The notes under the pieces: generated by a model
The model's input: only the letters and a program-made list of their open reading frames with translations
The model's database searches: none
Told to the model about the DNA's origin: nothing
Source: Eledone cirrhosa
Taxonomy: Eukaryota
Length of the DNA: 64,000 bases
Reading direction: 5' to 3'
Assembly (NCBI GenBank): GCA_964016885.1
Contig: OZ024741.1
Span: forward strand, 188,294,001 to 188,358,000
Program-made: the position numbers and the translations under genes
Part shown: positions 28,513 through 39,915 of the stretch, in pieces
Numbering within the stretch: the stretch's first letter is position 1
Layout: the number at the start of each line of letters is the position of its first letter

Positions 28513-28636
28513 TTCCACTGAAGAGTTATAAGAGTCCACTTGCACGTAAATCTGTTGATCATATGCAAGCTTCTACATAACTTGGACATTTTTCTACCAC
28601 CTTGTAGAAATCTTATAATGAAACGATCGTATGGAA
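28513..28636 (+). ncRNA. Complete type-I hammerhead with expanded branched stem II, GUA site
   Basis: ttcca CTGAAGA gttataaga-(77 nt)-tcttataat GAAA cgatc GTA tggaa. 5-bp stem I, 9-bp basal stem II, palindromic stem III ACGATCGT. Confidence 0.75.
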
Positions 28637-28899
28637 AGTGAGATTTATTTAATTATGTCTCATATAAAATAATACAGCCGACTATCCACACAATACAATA
28701 TAGTTAGCACCCCAAACGTATAATTGGGAATATACTTAGGTATTTCCTAATGTTTGTTGAGTGAGATGGAAGTTGGTCGGAGTATCGCTAATAGCTTTCT
28801 CTGTTTATGTATTAAATATATATATATATATATAGAAATGGCCTCTACAGGACTAGAATTGTTTCATTCGAAGGAAATCATCATATATACATATATATA

Positions 28900-28994
28900 T
28901 ATATATACATACACACACACAGGCACCCTTGAGACATCCAAAAAGTACCATGATTGGCAGTGATACACTACAACCTCTGGCTAGCATTACTAAT

Positions 28995-29025
<31 letters not shown>

Positions 29026-29430
29026 GAAAAGTCAATTTGACCGGTCCAAGGATAGCCCTAAACTTGACAAACACTGGCACATATCTAGGACAGTGTTACT
29101 GGTATACATTCAGGCATCCTAGGCACTACAAACATTGGCTAACATATCTGGGATGGTGTTACTGATTTACAGAGAGAGACACACAGACATCCTAGACACA
29201 TCCAAATGAAGGCTACCACTCAGACTGACAATGATATATCCAACTAAACACTATAAACACTAGTTCACATAACTGGGACAGTGTTTCTGATACACATACA
29301 GACATTCTATACACTACAAACACTGGCTCATGTATCTGGGACAGCGTTACTGATATACATAGACATCCTAGATACACAGCTATTAAGTTGATTGTCAAAT
29401 GTAAACTCACTAATACATTACAACCTTTGG
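28900..29430. repeat. Degenerate ~60-bp minisatellite
   Basis: Recurring cagtgttactgatatacatacagacatcctagacactacaaacactggc..atctggga. Confidence 0.7.
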
Positions 29431-29728
29431 CCCAAATATCTGCAGTTTCTTCTCTTTGTCTCTATTACTGCTGCTATAATAGCCTCTGCTCCACTCATCA
29501 TTCCTCTTCCTCTTATCATTCATACTATATCTCACATCCTAGACCCTGCATATACACATCACCTGGTCCTTACAAATTTCTTCCCTGTTCACACAGATGT
29601 TGAAGCTGAACATGAAAACACATCAATCAATCTAAGCAAGAGTACTGTCCTTCCTTTGCTGTCTAACTTGGTCAATCGAAGCTAAAAATTACACAAGTAA
29701 AACAGTCAACAAGAAATATTAGACTCAC

Positions 29729-29923
29729 TCATCTCAATGTCGCATGTGATCTTCGCCTGCTTCCTTCGTTTGGCTGGAACAGGGGGAGTAGTTGGCAATG
29801 GAACTGTAATTTCTGCAACTTCTCGTCGCCGTAGGTGATATCGTGTGACATGTTTCTCATTTGCATTGCTATGTGATAACTCCTCTGGTAAACTGGCCCG
29901 TTGTTCAACTGGCGGAAGGTTTC
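29729..29923 (-). CDS. FBXO11: Upstream coding exon of FBXO11-like gene (basic N-terminal region)
   Basis: Acceptor ...catttaaacAG and donor A|GTGAGT. The open frame NLPPVEQRASLPEELSHSNANEKHVTRYHLRRREVAEITVPLPTTPPVPAKRRKQAKITCDIEM ends in phase 1 and joins the F-box exon in frame (A+AT=Asn). YHLRRR and AKRRK resemble YQLRRK and AKRAR, which precede the FBXO11 F-box. Confidence 0.8.
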   Translation of the reverse strand, partial: ETFRQLNNGPVYQRSYHIAMQMRNMSHDITYGDEKLQKLQFHCQLLPLFQPNEGSRRRSHATLR

Positions 29924-30362
29924 CTGTTTAAATGTAGAAATAAGGTAAAGTAAATAAAGTGACCATTGCAAACATGTTCCTGTCGTTTGTGTGATATTTT
30001 AATCATTAATCATCAGCTATCTCTGAGAAATATATTTAATGTAATATTGATAATAATGGTTTCTTATATAGGCACAAGGCCAGCAATTTTGGGGGAGGGG
30101 AAAGAAAGTCGATTAAATCGATCCCAGTGTGAGACTGGTACTTTATTTTATCAACTCCGTAAGGATGAAAGGCAAAGTTAAACTCGGCGGGATTTGAACT
30201 CAGATCGTAAAGGGCCGTAACTCTATGCTGAAAAGCATGGCGTCCGACCCTCTACCGGTACTGCCAATCCACCATGATAATAATGAAATCAATATCACAT
30301 TAAATATATTCCAAAGAGATAACATCAATCAATTAAAATAGCACACAGAAGACAGATTTTTA

Positions 30363-30507
30363 ATGATTAAAGTAATACACTAAAGGAATGATTAATTGTT
30401 AAAATAATACACTAAAGGAATGATTAATGGTTAAAGTAATACACTAAAAGAATGATTAATAGTTAAAGTAATACACTAAAGGAATGATTAATGGTTAAAG
30501 TAATACA
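30363..30507. repeat. 32-bp tandem repeat, ~4.5 copies
   Basis: aaagtaatacactaaaggaatgattaatggtt repeated. Confidence 0.9.
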
Positions 30508-31778
30508 GGATTAAAATAGCAGCTAAATCTTCATTAAAACTATATCATGTTGAAAAAAAGGACTCATTAGATAATGATGTCTTAAATATCTCTAAAAAAG
30601 ACGGGATGATCATGGCTGGAATGTCTTTAAAGATAGATATACTCAATTAGGGCTGACCTGGGGCTAAACAACAATATCAAATCAACACACAATGATTATT
30701 AAACAAAAAAAAGTACAGAAGACACACACAAATACACATGAATACATACATAATTATAAACACATATACAATATGTTAAGAAACATCAATCTTTGACAAA
30801 CCAACAAGAAATAATCTTGCAAGGAATAACAGCCAATTTATCCCTCAAATCACACCCTACCATTTTAAATATAGAATGAGCAGCTGGGCGGACTTACTAT
30901 GTGTGTGTGAACATATATGTATAAATATATATGTTGCTATTATTTTATGTCAGTTGCCCATGCTGGCATGGGTTGCACAGATCATCATGGCCCACGACTA
31001 GACAAGTCAAAGAACTATGGTTTGCTTATACATTCCATATTTTGGCATGGCTTCCTTGACTGGATGCTTTTTCCTAATATCAACCACTTTACAGAGCATA
31101 GTGTGTGCATTTTATCATGGCACCAACACTACCACTTTGCAGATTGTACTGAGTTCATTTTATCATGACACCAAAACTAGAAAGGCTATCGTCCATTACT
31201 GGTTAAAAGAGACCTCTCCACTCCATGCAGTCTTCAATTTCTTGTCACATTTACTTTTAGCATCACAGTGCTTGTACTGTTGGGTGGGTATTTTTTCTAG
31301 CAAGGTGAGTTTTTAATCAACATGTCCATGTAATCTCCTTTCTGAGGTTCAGTTTCTTGAGGACATTCATCACAACCATACACATAAAATATTTGCATAT
31401 ACATAAAGATATATACACATATGTACATGCTATTGGATGGCTATTGACTCTCCCGTGTTCATCTGTCCTTTGACAGGTTTTGTTTTTCATCCTGCAAGAT
31501 TGGTGTGGCTGCCGGTTTAGTCACTGACAACCTGACCATAAGTCAAGTTGTACTGGGTTACGTGTTACCAGTAGCATTCAAAAATGACCTGACGTAATAT
31601 ATATATATATATATATATATATAACACCTATTATTTTGGTTGGCCACATTTGGGGATCCAGCAGGCTTGTTTTGGAAATGGTTGCTTCTGATAGGACCCC
31701 ACTAGAAAGTGTGTGTGAAGACTCTACCTCCACAACCCCTGAAACAAGGAGAGGGAGGCGGGAGGTTGATGAGGAGGT

Positions 31779-31831
<53 letters not shown>

Positions 31832-33077
31832 GTGATGACGATGGTGATGATAATGATAGGGAAGAACAATCCTAGATTCTAGATATTCCTAAAATGACAA
31901 AACACCTTTCATCATAGGTTTGCTCTAATATTTCTCTAGATGTTTGATATAAAACTCAACCAAACACACTTTCAGACAAGCATATTTCCATGATTAATTT
32001 AGAAAGCTATGTATTGAGAGATGTTTAGTACTGGAATCTGATGTGTAATTCCAAGTAAAAGATGGAGCAGCTGTTTTTAGGTTGAAGAAATTTCTGTAAA
32101 TGTTTAACTATGTTGTCATTGATAGCTATTAGATTTCCATTAGAGAAGCCAACAACACTAAGCTATCTAATTCATTGTTACTCAGTAAAATATTAGTGCT
32201 AGGTTCATAACTGAGATTACATCAATATAAAATCTAAACTATTAAAATGACATGTTTGAATTCTGAGTTGGTATGATCATCATCATCATCTCTGTATACT
32301 CTGTCAAGCAGATAGCATTAGAAAGACTATCCAGCTGTGGAAATTATGCCAAAAGTGGAATGGATGAGTATGATATGTTCCCCCTGACCTATTCAGTTAC
32401 AAACCATGACAACCCATCTTACCTATGTCAGCATGGGAAGGAGATATAAAATGATGATGATTTCCCATGCTGGTATGAGTTTGAGACTTTTTTTAAAGAT
32501 ATTTTATGGCTGAATGCTTGTTTTGGCATTAATCATTTATTTGTTTTCAAGTAAGGTACCAATTCCACTGATCTTCACAAGTTAAATCATTGAGCTGTAG
32601 AGTATAGTGTTTATGTGGTACATAAACGACACCACTGGCTGCTCAAGCAAACTTCTTATCAACCATTGAAATGATGTACTTGTGTTTGGGTAAAAACACA
32701 CAAGTGTAATTAGAGGAAGAAATGAACTTGCAGTTAGAAAAAAGAACACAAAATATTTTCTTTTCTCTTTCATTAATTGATCAGGAGAAAGGGAGGAAGG
32801 AAGCTATCCTAAAACTGGTGACCTGGTATGAATGCTGGCAACAGAATGTACTGAGCTAAAGATACCCAAAGGCTAGAGGGTAGTGTTAAACCAGGTAACA
32901 GATTAAGTCTACTACCCAAGCAGACACAACCAATATTTGAACTCAGAACGTAAAGAGCCAGAAAAAGTAAGTCAAATATGTCCCACAACTTAGTGTTCGA
33001 TGTGTGAAGATCACTGGAATAAAAGTACCTTACTTGAAAAATAAGCAAAGGGTTGGTATCAAGAAGAGTAACTTGCC

Positions 33078-33306
33078 TTAACCCTTTAGCATTTACATTA
33101 CTCTATATTTACTATTGTATTTTCATGGTAAAGGCTTTACCTCACATAATTATCTCACATAATATCGAATCTATACAATTTTGATATTATTTATTTTGAG
33201 GGCAATACCATAACGTCATTATGAGTGGCCGGTTATGACTGGTTTGAACAGAAAGAGGTAAGAGGATTCTGGCCGGATACAGCAGGTTTAAATGCTAAAG
33301 GGTTTA
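33078..33306 (-). mobile_element. piggyBac-type MITE copy
   Basis: TTAA-ccctttagcattta...taaatgctaaaggg. Confidence 0.8.
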
Positions 33307-35828
33307 AATACTACTTCGAAAAATCTCATCCAACACATGTGAGTATGAAAAAGCCAATGTAAAAATGATGATGATGATTATGAATGACATAGGTAGTACA
33401 TTTTATTAGAAATATGATGAGAAAAGAATTAAATAGATATACTGAATTATGAAGTAGAATTAATTTTCAATAATATAAAGTAATATAAAGGGTATAAACA
33501 AAAGGTGATTTAAGGTTGGCTTCTCTATCTGGCTGTTGAGATACTAGACTACAATTAAAATAACTGCTTTCCTCTGCATCATAATACCAGACTGCAAACA
33601 CTAACTGTTAACATGGTATAATGTGTCGATCTCATGGAAAGCTGAATATGACAAATCAACCTTATCTCTCAAGTACAGCTCATCCAAAGCTTTAATCAAA
33701 ATTGTTAGCTCATCTTTCTGATTTAATCTTTCAACGGGAATCTCTAGTGCTTTGTAGTAATCTTTTTACTAACAGGTTCATGTCTTTAGATTTAGTCCCT
33801 TTTAGGTTAGACTTTGCCTATCTTCTTCCATATTTTCTTCCATCCATTCACACCTGTTCTAGTTACCACCAGTCTGCTGCTATAAACTATCAACCGGTCT
33901 AGGTGTGTATGCTATGTGTTGGAATCTGCGTATATGCAAGGATGCAAGATATATTCCATTAAAAAATGGTACAGAACTTTTAAAAAAGTAACAGATTGTG
34001 TTTATAAGTAGCTCAAAATGAAGATTTTGCTAGTAAATTAAAAATATATACCATATACACTTGCATATAAGTTGCACTCATACCATATAAACTTGATTAT
34101 AAGTTAAACTCATACAATATATATATTTGCATATAAGTCAGCCTCATACCATATACATAAGTCATGTGTTGGTTTTTCATATCGTATTTTTGTGGGAAAA
34201 GGTGCAACTTTTAGATAAGTATATATGATATATAAAGATTACCTGAATACAAGCCTTACTGAAGCCACTTTCCCTACTAATCCTGGATTTGGCACAAGAG
34301 ACTACATATTGATTTTTAATGGCTTAGTGAGGAAAACAGAATCTATGACTTTTTCAAGACCAATAGAAGGAAGGGAGCACGTTATCCTCATACCAGAGAT
34401 GTAGCCTGATTGCTTGTAATATAATTAATTATGCTAAAGACACCTAAAGGACTAGAGAATGGTGTTAAACTAGGCAATGAGTTAATTCTATTACCCAGCC
34501 TTCCACAAGGTTTCTATTGTGGTAGGAAACATTTGCCCAAGGTGCTGTACAGTGGTATGAAACTATAAGCAAACTTTGTAAACACACTGCCATGCCTGGG
34601 CTTGACCAATTTAAGAAGAATATAGAAAGCACCCTACTTCTAACAGCCTTAATGCCTCATGGTCAATGGTTTTCTCTCTGAGCAGTGTATAAGTATGGCT
34701 GTCACTCTCAATTGAGGGTGACATTATATGTTCCCAAAAGGTTTTCGGTGCATATGTAGTGTGAGGGGGAGAGGGTGAGGACAGCACTGTGTTGGTACTT
34801 TCTTTATTGACCTCAAAGGATGAAAGGTAAAGTAGACCTCAGCAGGGTTTGAACACAGAGCTCAGAATGCCAGAACACATTTTATCCAATGCTTTAATGA
34901 CTACGAATCACCTGCCTTGAAGTTTAGATAATTATATGATACATTAAATTTAGTATGTAGATAGATTAGATAGTGGTGACTGGAAATTAATAAACAGGTT
35001 AAATATTCTGGGGTTTGTTTAAATAGTTTAGACAATTAATTGAAAAAGAATAGATTACAAGAGTAAAGAGAGAGAAAAAAAATAGTAAATTGCTTTCTTT
35101 ACAAAATATCCTTTTTGATCAAATTATCATATTGATATCATTTTAGAAACTGTCTGATTTTTAATATTCAACCCACTCACTTCTTGATCATTTGCAAAAT
35201 TTTCTATTTTTTTACAAAATCTAATGATGAAACTATTGATGCAGCATAACTGAATGGCTAAGAAGTTCACTACCCAATCATGAGTTTCCCAATTTAATCC
35301 CACCAGTGCACAGTATGTTGGGCAAATATCTTTTACTATATATAGCCATATGTTGATTCAAGCCTTGTGTAGAAATTGAGTAGACAGAAATTATTTGGAA
35401 GCTCGTTGGTTGTAATTCAAAGATTTAAGGATACACATATCGACTCAGTTGCAAAAGGTGGTAAACTTACGCGTTAATCTAATAATTAGACCATTTTGTT
35501 GATGGAATAAATGGAACACTCATCAGAGAACTCAGAACCATATTATCCAATTCATCTTTTTGTACGGTAGTAGTATGATTTTGAAGTTGATTTGGTGGCT
35601 AATTTCAGCAGGTTGAACAAACACACAGAGGCTCCATTGCTGGCTAAAGGTTGTGTAAGTGAACACTACAAGCTAAATTAATCCACAGCTCACCATAAGG
35701 TCTCTAGCAATAAAAATCCTGAATTCAAACATAAAACACATATTTGTGGATAGGTAACACTGGTTTAAACCAGTCCCAAGTGACAGAACTAAACACCATG
35801 AGACATTCTGAATACCAGCCAGATCTAT

Positions 35829-36196
35829 TCATCATCATCATCACCGTTTTACGTCCGTTCTTCCACGCTAGCATGGGTTAGACGGCTTGTCCTGTTGTGG
35901 GCAGTGTCTGGTCGGCTGACCATGCCTTGCTCATACAGGAACTGATTTGGCTTGATTTCTACAGCTGGATGCCCTTCCTAACACTAACCTCATTTACAGT
36001 GAGTGCTGGGTGCTTTTTTGTGGCGCCTACACGTCCACTTTACAATGTGGGCTGGGTGCTTTTTTGCCGTGGCACCTCCACGACCACCTTGCGGTGGGGG
36101 GTGTGGGGGCATATTGTCTATATGCTTCAGCTTGTACCCATGGGAGGTCGGGTACTCTGTATTACTGCGTGACACCAGAGGTCACGGTCGTGTGTC
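35829..36196 (-). mobile_element. RTE family-2 LINE 3' end
   Basis: Near-identical to 62603-62985. Encodes THDRDLWCHAVIQSTRPPMGTS* then UTR and (TGA)n. Confidence 0.8.
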
Positions 36197-36228
36197 ATAT
36201 AACAATAGCTACTAAGATAGTTGAAAGA

Positions 36229-36432
36229 TAGTTTGTGGGTCACATACAGTCTGTAGGCCGTGTGTCTGAGACCCCTGCTGTATAATGTACCAGAGTTGTT
36301 AAGACTCAGATCAGCCCTGGTCAAAGATATTCCAGCCATGGCTGTTAAATCAATTTTTTTTATATCTAAGGCTACATTGTCCATGTGTTGTTTTTTTTAA
36401 GGCAGGGTATAATTTGATGGAGGTTTTGGCTG
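36229..36432. repeat. Dispersed ~200-bp repeat, near-identical to 41113-41312
   Basis: tagtttgtggg...gagacccctgctgtataatgtacc...ggaggttttggctg occurs in both places, and more diverged relatives are scattered through 27790-59750. Confidence 0.8.
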
Positions 36433-36603
36433 AAAGAAGTATATATAACTAGAATTTTTTTCACCATCTGCCGCATGTCTGTGTATGTGCATATGCATAC
36501 ATTTACATATATGAGTATATGAAGATAAATGTGTAAACACAGACACACTTACAAAAATACACATTCAGACATATAGTCACACAAACACACACATACATTC
36601 ACA

Positions 36604-36643
<40 letters not shown>

Positions 36644-38079
36644 TACACAGCATAACAAATGGAATGCCAGCCACTATTTTGCTATAGATTTTTCACCACC
36701 TTCCTTTTTCACCTGCCTTCCTTTTACACACATATACTCCAGGCTGCAGCCGTAAAGAGAGAGGAGTAGTATGAGGTAGTCAAACTACACCTCTCTCATT
36801 ACGTGTTGTGACAGAATCACAGAAAGTTATATATAGATATAAACCTACATATTTTATAGTAAATAAATAAAGTTAAAGTCTGTCCCAAGCTCAGTGGCTA
36901 ATCATCATTAAGCGACAGAGAGTACAAATTCCCCCCACTCTTGAATAGGACACATGTCCATCCATCGCAAGGTTAACCCCCAGCTACTGCTGGTACTCAT
37001 TTCTAGCTGAGTGTACTGGAACAACTGAAATAAAGTATTTTACTGAAGAACATAATGTACCACCTGGTCCAGGAATCAAACTCATAGCATTATGATCATT
37101 AGTTCAACATCATAACCACTAGGCCAGGTGCCTTATTTTTTTATAGTAAATGAATATATAAAAATTGCTAAGGTAAAGAAAATAAAAGGGTGGCTGGATG
37201 GGTGGTAGGAGAATAAGCAGAGCTGTTTTATAGAATGAACAAAAGAAACAATGAAATCCCTCCCCTCTCACTATTCCACCCCACCAACATCACCAATAGC
37301 CCCTTGTCAGGCAGTCAGTGGGGAAATCCTTAGTGAGAGTGTAGCAGTGGTGGTGGTGGTAGTCGTGGTGGTAGACAATACCAGTTGATAACAACAAACA
37401 ATAGAAATAGCTTTGAGACAAAGAGTTAAGTGGACACTCTTGTTTTTGACAATAATCTGGGAGGAGGAGAAAAAAGAAGAGAGGGAGAGGGAAGAAAGAG
37501 CAGGAAAGGAGAGGAGAGAGATAAGAAGAGAGATAGAGATGGAAAAGAGGGATAGAGAAAAGAAAAGAGAAAGAGAGTGGAGGGAAGAAAGGAAGGAAGA
37601 ACAAAAGAAAAAATATTGAACGGCAAGGAAAATAAAACAAAAAACCATTGCATAAATGTTGAAGTAAAGAAAAAGAAGAGAGGCTGCCATGGATGTGTCT
37701 TGTTATAGCACCAGCCTGCAGCCTTTTGTTGACAAAGAAAGTTAAGTGAAGCTTTATAAGTAAGGCTTGTAATTGTGTAAATGGCAAGAAGTCAGTCAGA
37801 CTAGCTTAGATTGTGTGAGTTTGGTGGGGTATGTAAGGTATGCAGATGTTAAGTAGAGACGGGCATGAAGAGAGACTCTACAGTTGGTTGAGATACTGTC
37901 ACTGGTTTCAGTTACAGAACTGTGGCCATGTTGTAGCACTACATGTTTAACCCTTTTGTTAAGATATTTCTAATTTAAAAAAATTACTGCTCATGGTTTC
38001 TCAATAATTTTGAAAATAATCAAAAATTTGGAGTGATTGTCCGCCAGTTAAATCACATAACTAATTATAACTGGAATAG

Positions 38080-38153
<74 letters not shown>

Positions 38154-38209
38154 TGCCCCCTCGTTATCGAGTATGGCCATTGCACAATAAAAAAAAAAAA
38201 AAAAAAAAA

Positions 38210-38240
<31 letters not shown>

Positions 38241-38242
38241 GT

Positions 38243-38273
<31 letters not shown>

Positions 38274-38303
38274 AAGGGAAAAGATATATATATATATACA
38301 CAC

Positions 38304-38339
<36 letters not shown>

Positions 38340-38434
38340 ATATACACACACACATACATACACATACATACATATATACACACACACATACATACACATA
38401 CACTCACACATATATACACACATACATTAATAAC

Positions 38435-38477
<43 letters not shown>

Positions 38478-38603
38478 GCAATAATAATAATAACGACAAC
38501 AACAATAATAATATACATATTCATATATATATACACACACACGCACGCACATAAGCATATCTACACACACACACACACACACAAACACACGATAGCAACT
38601 AAC

Positions 38604-38634
<31 letters not shown>

Positions 38635-38680
38635 TAAAGTTAAATAAAAGTCAAATGATTAAAATTTAGCTTCGGTTATT

Positions 38681-38735
38681 ACTGCTATATATATTTCAGT
38701 GACAGCCATCTTTGGCTGTGACCTCTTCAGGCAGT
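38681..38735 (-). ncRNA. Complete type-I hammerhead, AUA site (host-sense copy)
   Basis: actgc CTGAAGA ggt-c-acagcca-aaga-tggctgt-c-act GAAA tatat ATA gcagt. Confidence 0.8.
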
Positions 38736-39070
38736 TTGAATTAGTATGGTATAGACAAGTACATATGTTGTTTAGGTGTATAATATTGTCAATACTCTGA
38801 TATGCCCAGTTCCTTGTTGGGTTGTTAATTCACTGAGGAACTGGAGTCATATGAATTCAAACAAACGAATTTCAGTGTCAAAGGTCCCCTTCTCCTGGGG
38901 ACCTTTGAGAGTAGAAGGGGACCTTTGACACTGAAATTCGTTTGTTTGAATTCATATGACTCCAGTTCCTCAGTGAATTAACAACCCAACAAGGAACTGG
39001 GCATATCAGAGTATTGGCAATATTATACACCTAAACAACATATGTACTTGTCTATACCATACTAATTCAA

Positions 39071-39125
39071 ACTGCCTGAAGAGGTCACAGCCAAAGATGG
39101 CTGTCACTGAAATATATATAGCAGT
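39071..39125 (+). ncRNA. Complete type-I hammerhead, AUA site (mirror copy)
   Basis: Identical motif on plus, with predicted cleavage after 39120. Immediately followed by AATAAA. Confidence 0.8.
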
Positions 39126-39359
39126 AATAAATGAAGCTAAATTTTAATCATTTAACTTTTATTTAACTTTATTTTACACTACTCCGGAGTAACCAAACCA
39201 ACCTGCGCACTTCGTCGAGTGCTCCAGCCTGCATACTGAGGTGTTGGTATACAACCAACATAAACTCAAAATCTATATATAGACATACATATATGTTAGA
39301 ATTTGATTAGTTTCAGCTGAAAATGGCAGGCAACCATACAACTATTAACTTTTTCACTA

Positions 39360-39588
39360 TTAACCCTTTAGCATTTAAACCGGCCATATACGGCCAGAAT
39401 TCTCTCACCTCTTTCTGTTCAAACTAGCTGTAACCAGCCACTCATACTGATGTTAAGGTATTGTTCTCAAAATAAATAATATCAAAATCTCATAGATTCG
39501 ATATTATGTGAGATAATTATGTGAGATAAAGCCTTTACTGTGAAAATATAATAGTAAATATAGAGTAATGTAAATGCTAAAGGGTTAA
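39360..39588 (+). mobile_element. Intact piggyBac-type MITE (221 bp, TTAA target-site duplication)
   Basis: TTAA|CCCTTTAGCATTTA...TAAATGCTAAAGGG|TTAA: perfect 14-bp TIRs with CCC/GGG ends and no ORF. Further copies at 42239-42450, 45578-45800, 55231-55400 (truncated), 58348-58548 and 58745-58928. Confidence 0.88.
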
Positions 39589-39619
39589 GCTAGTATTTGA
39601 AAAATAATCTAATATAGCT

Positions 39620-39915
39620 TCTTGGTAGGCCCTTCATTTGGGACGCTACATGCTGTGACAACTTCTCTAGTGGCAACCTGGTGCATTCAGCTACCAGCCC
39701 AGGCTTCGCTACCAAAGAGGTTAAAATCTCCAAATATCAGCCACTCTTTGATAGGTTTGTGGTAGAGCCTTGGCATTCTTGGCCCCCAGACCATATCACT
39801 GCTCACTGCTATTGGAGCGGAGTTGGCTGCCCGCAGGTGTGAGCCCCATGCGATGGAGAGGCTGTTCCATCATGTCTCTCTCACCAGGGCAATATATTCT
39901 CCACCCTGTCAGCCA
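39620..39915 (+). mobile_element. CRE/R2-group LINE restriction-like endonuclease fragment
   Basis: GRPFIWDATCCDNFSSGNL...KISKYQPL...(frameshift)GILGPQTISLLTAIG...RGN, resembling the WDATC..D / K..KY / RGN C-terminus of CRE-like elements. Confidence 0.65.

Larger units (their letters stand above)
38634..39172. repeat. Near-perfect 539-bp palindrome (~260-bp arms, 19-nt spacer), putative inverted Penelope-like terminus
   Basis: The arms are reverse complements with only a few differences. Spacer is 38894-38912. Confidence 0.96.

Noticed and set aside
29729-29971. 80-aa ORF MQWSLY... from the ORF track
   Set aside because: It overlaps the real exon in a different frame that ends in a stop at the donor. 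The FBXO11-like frame fits the splice phases.
34219-34310. Minus-strand donor-like CAG|GTAA as candidate upstream exon
   Set aside because: The required phase-1 frame contains an in-frame TAA close to the donor.
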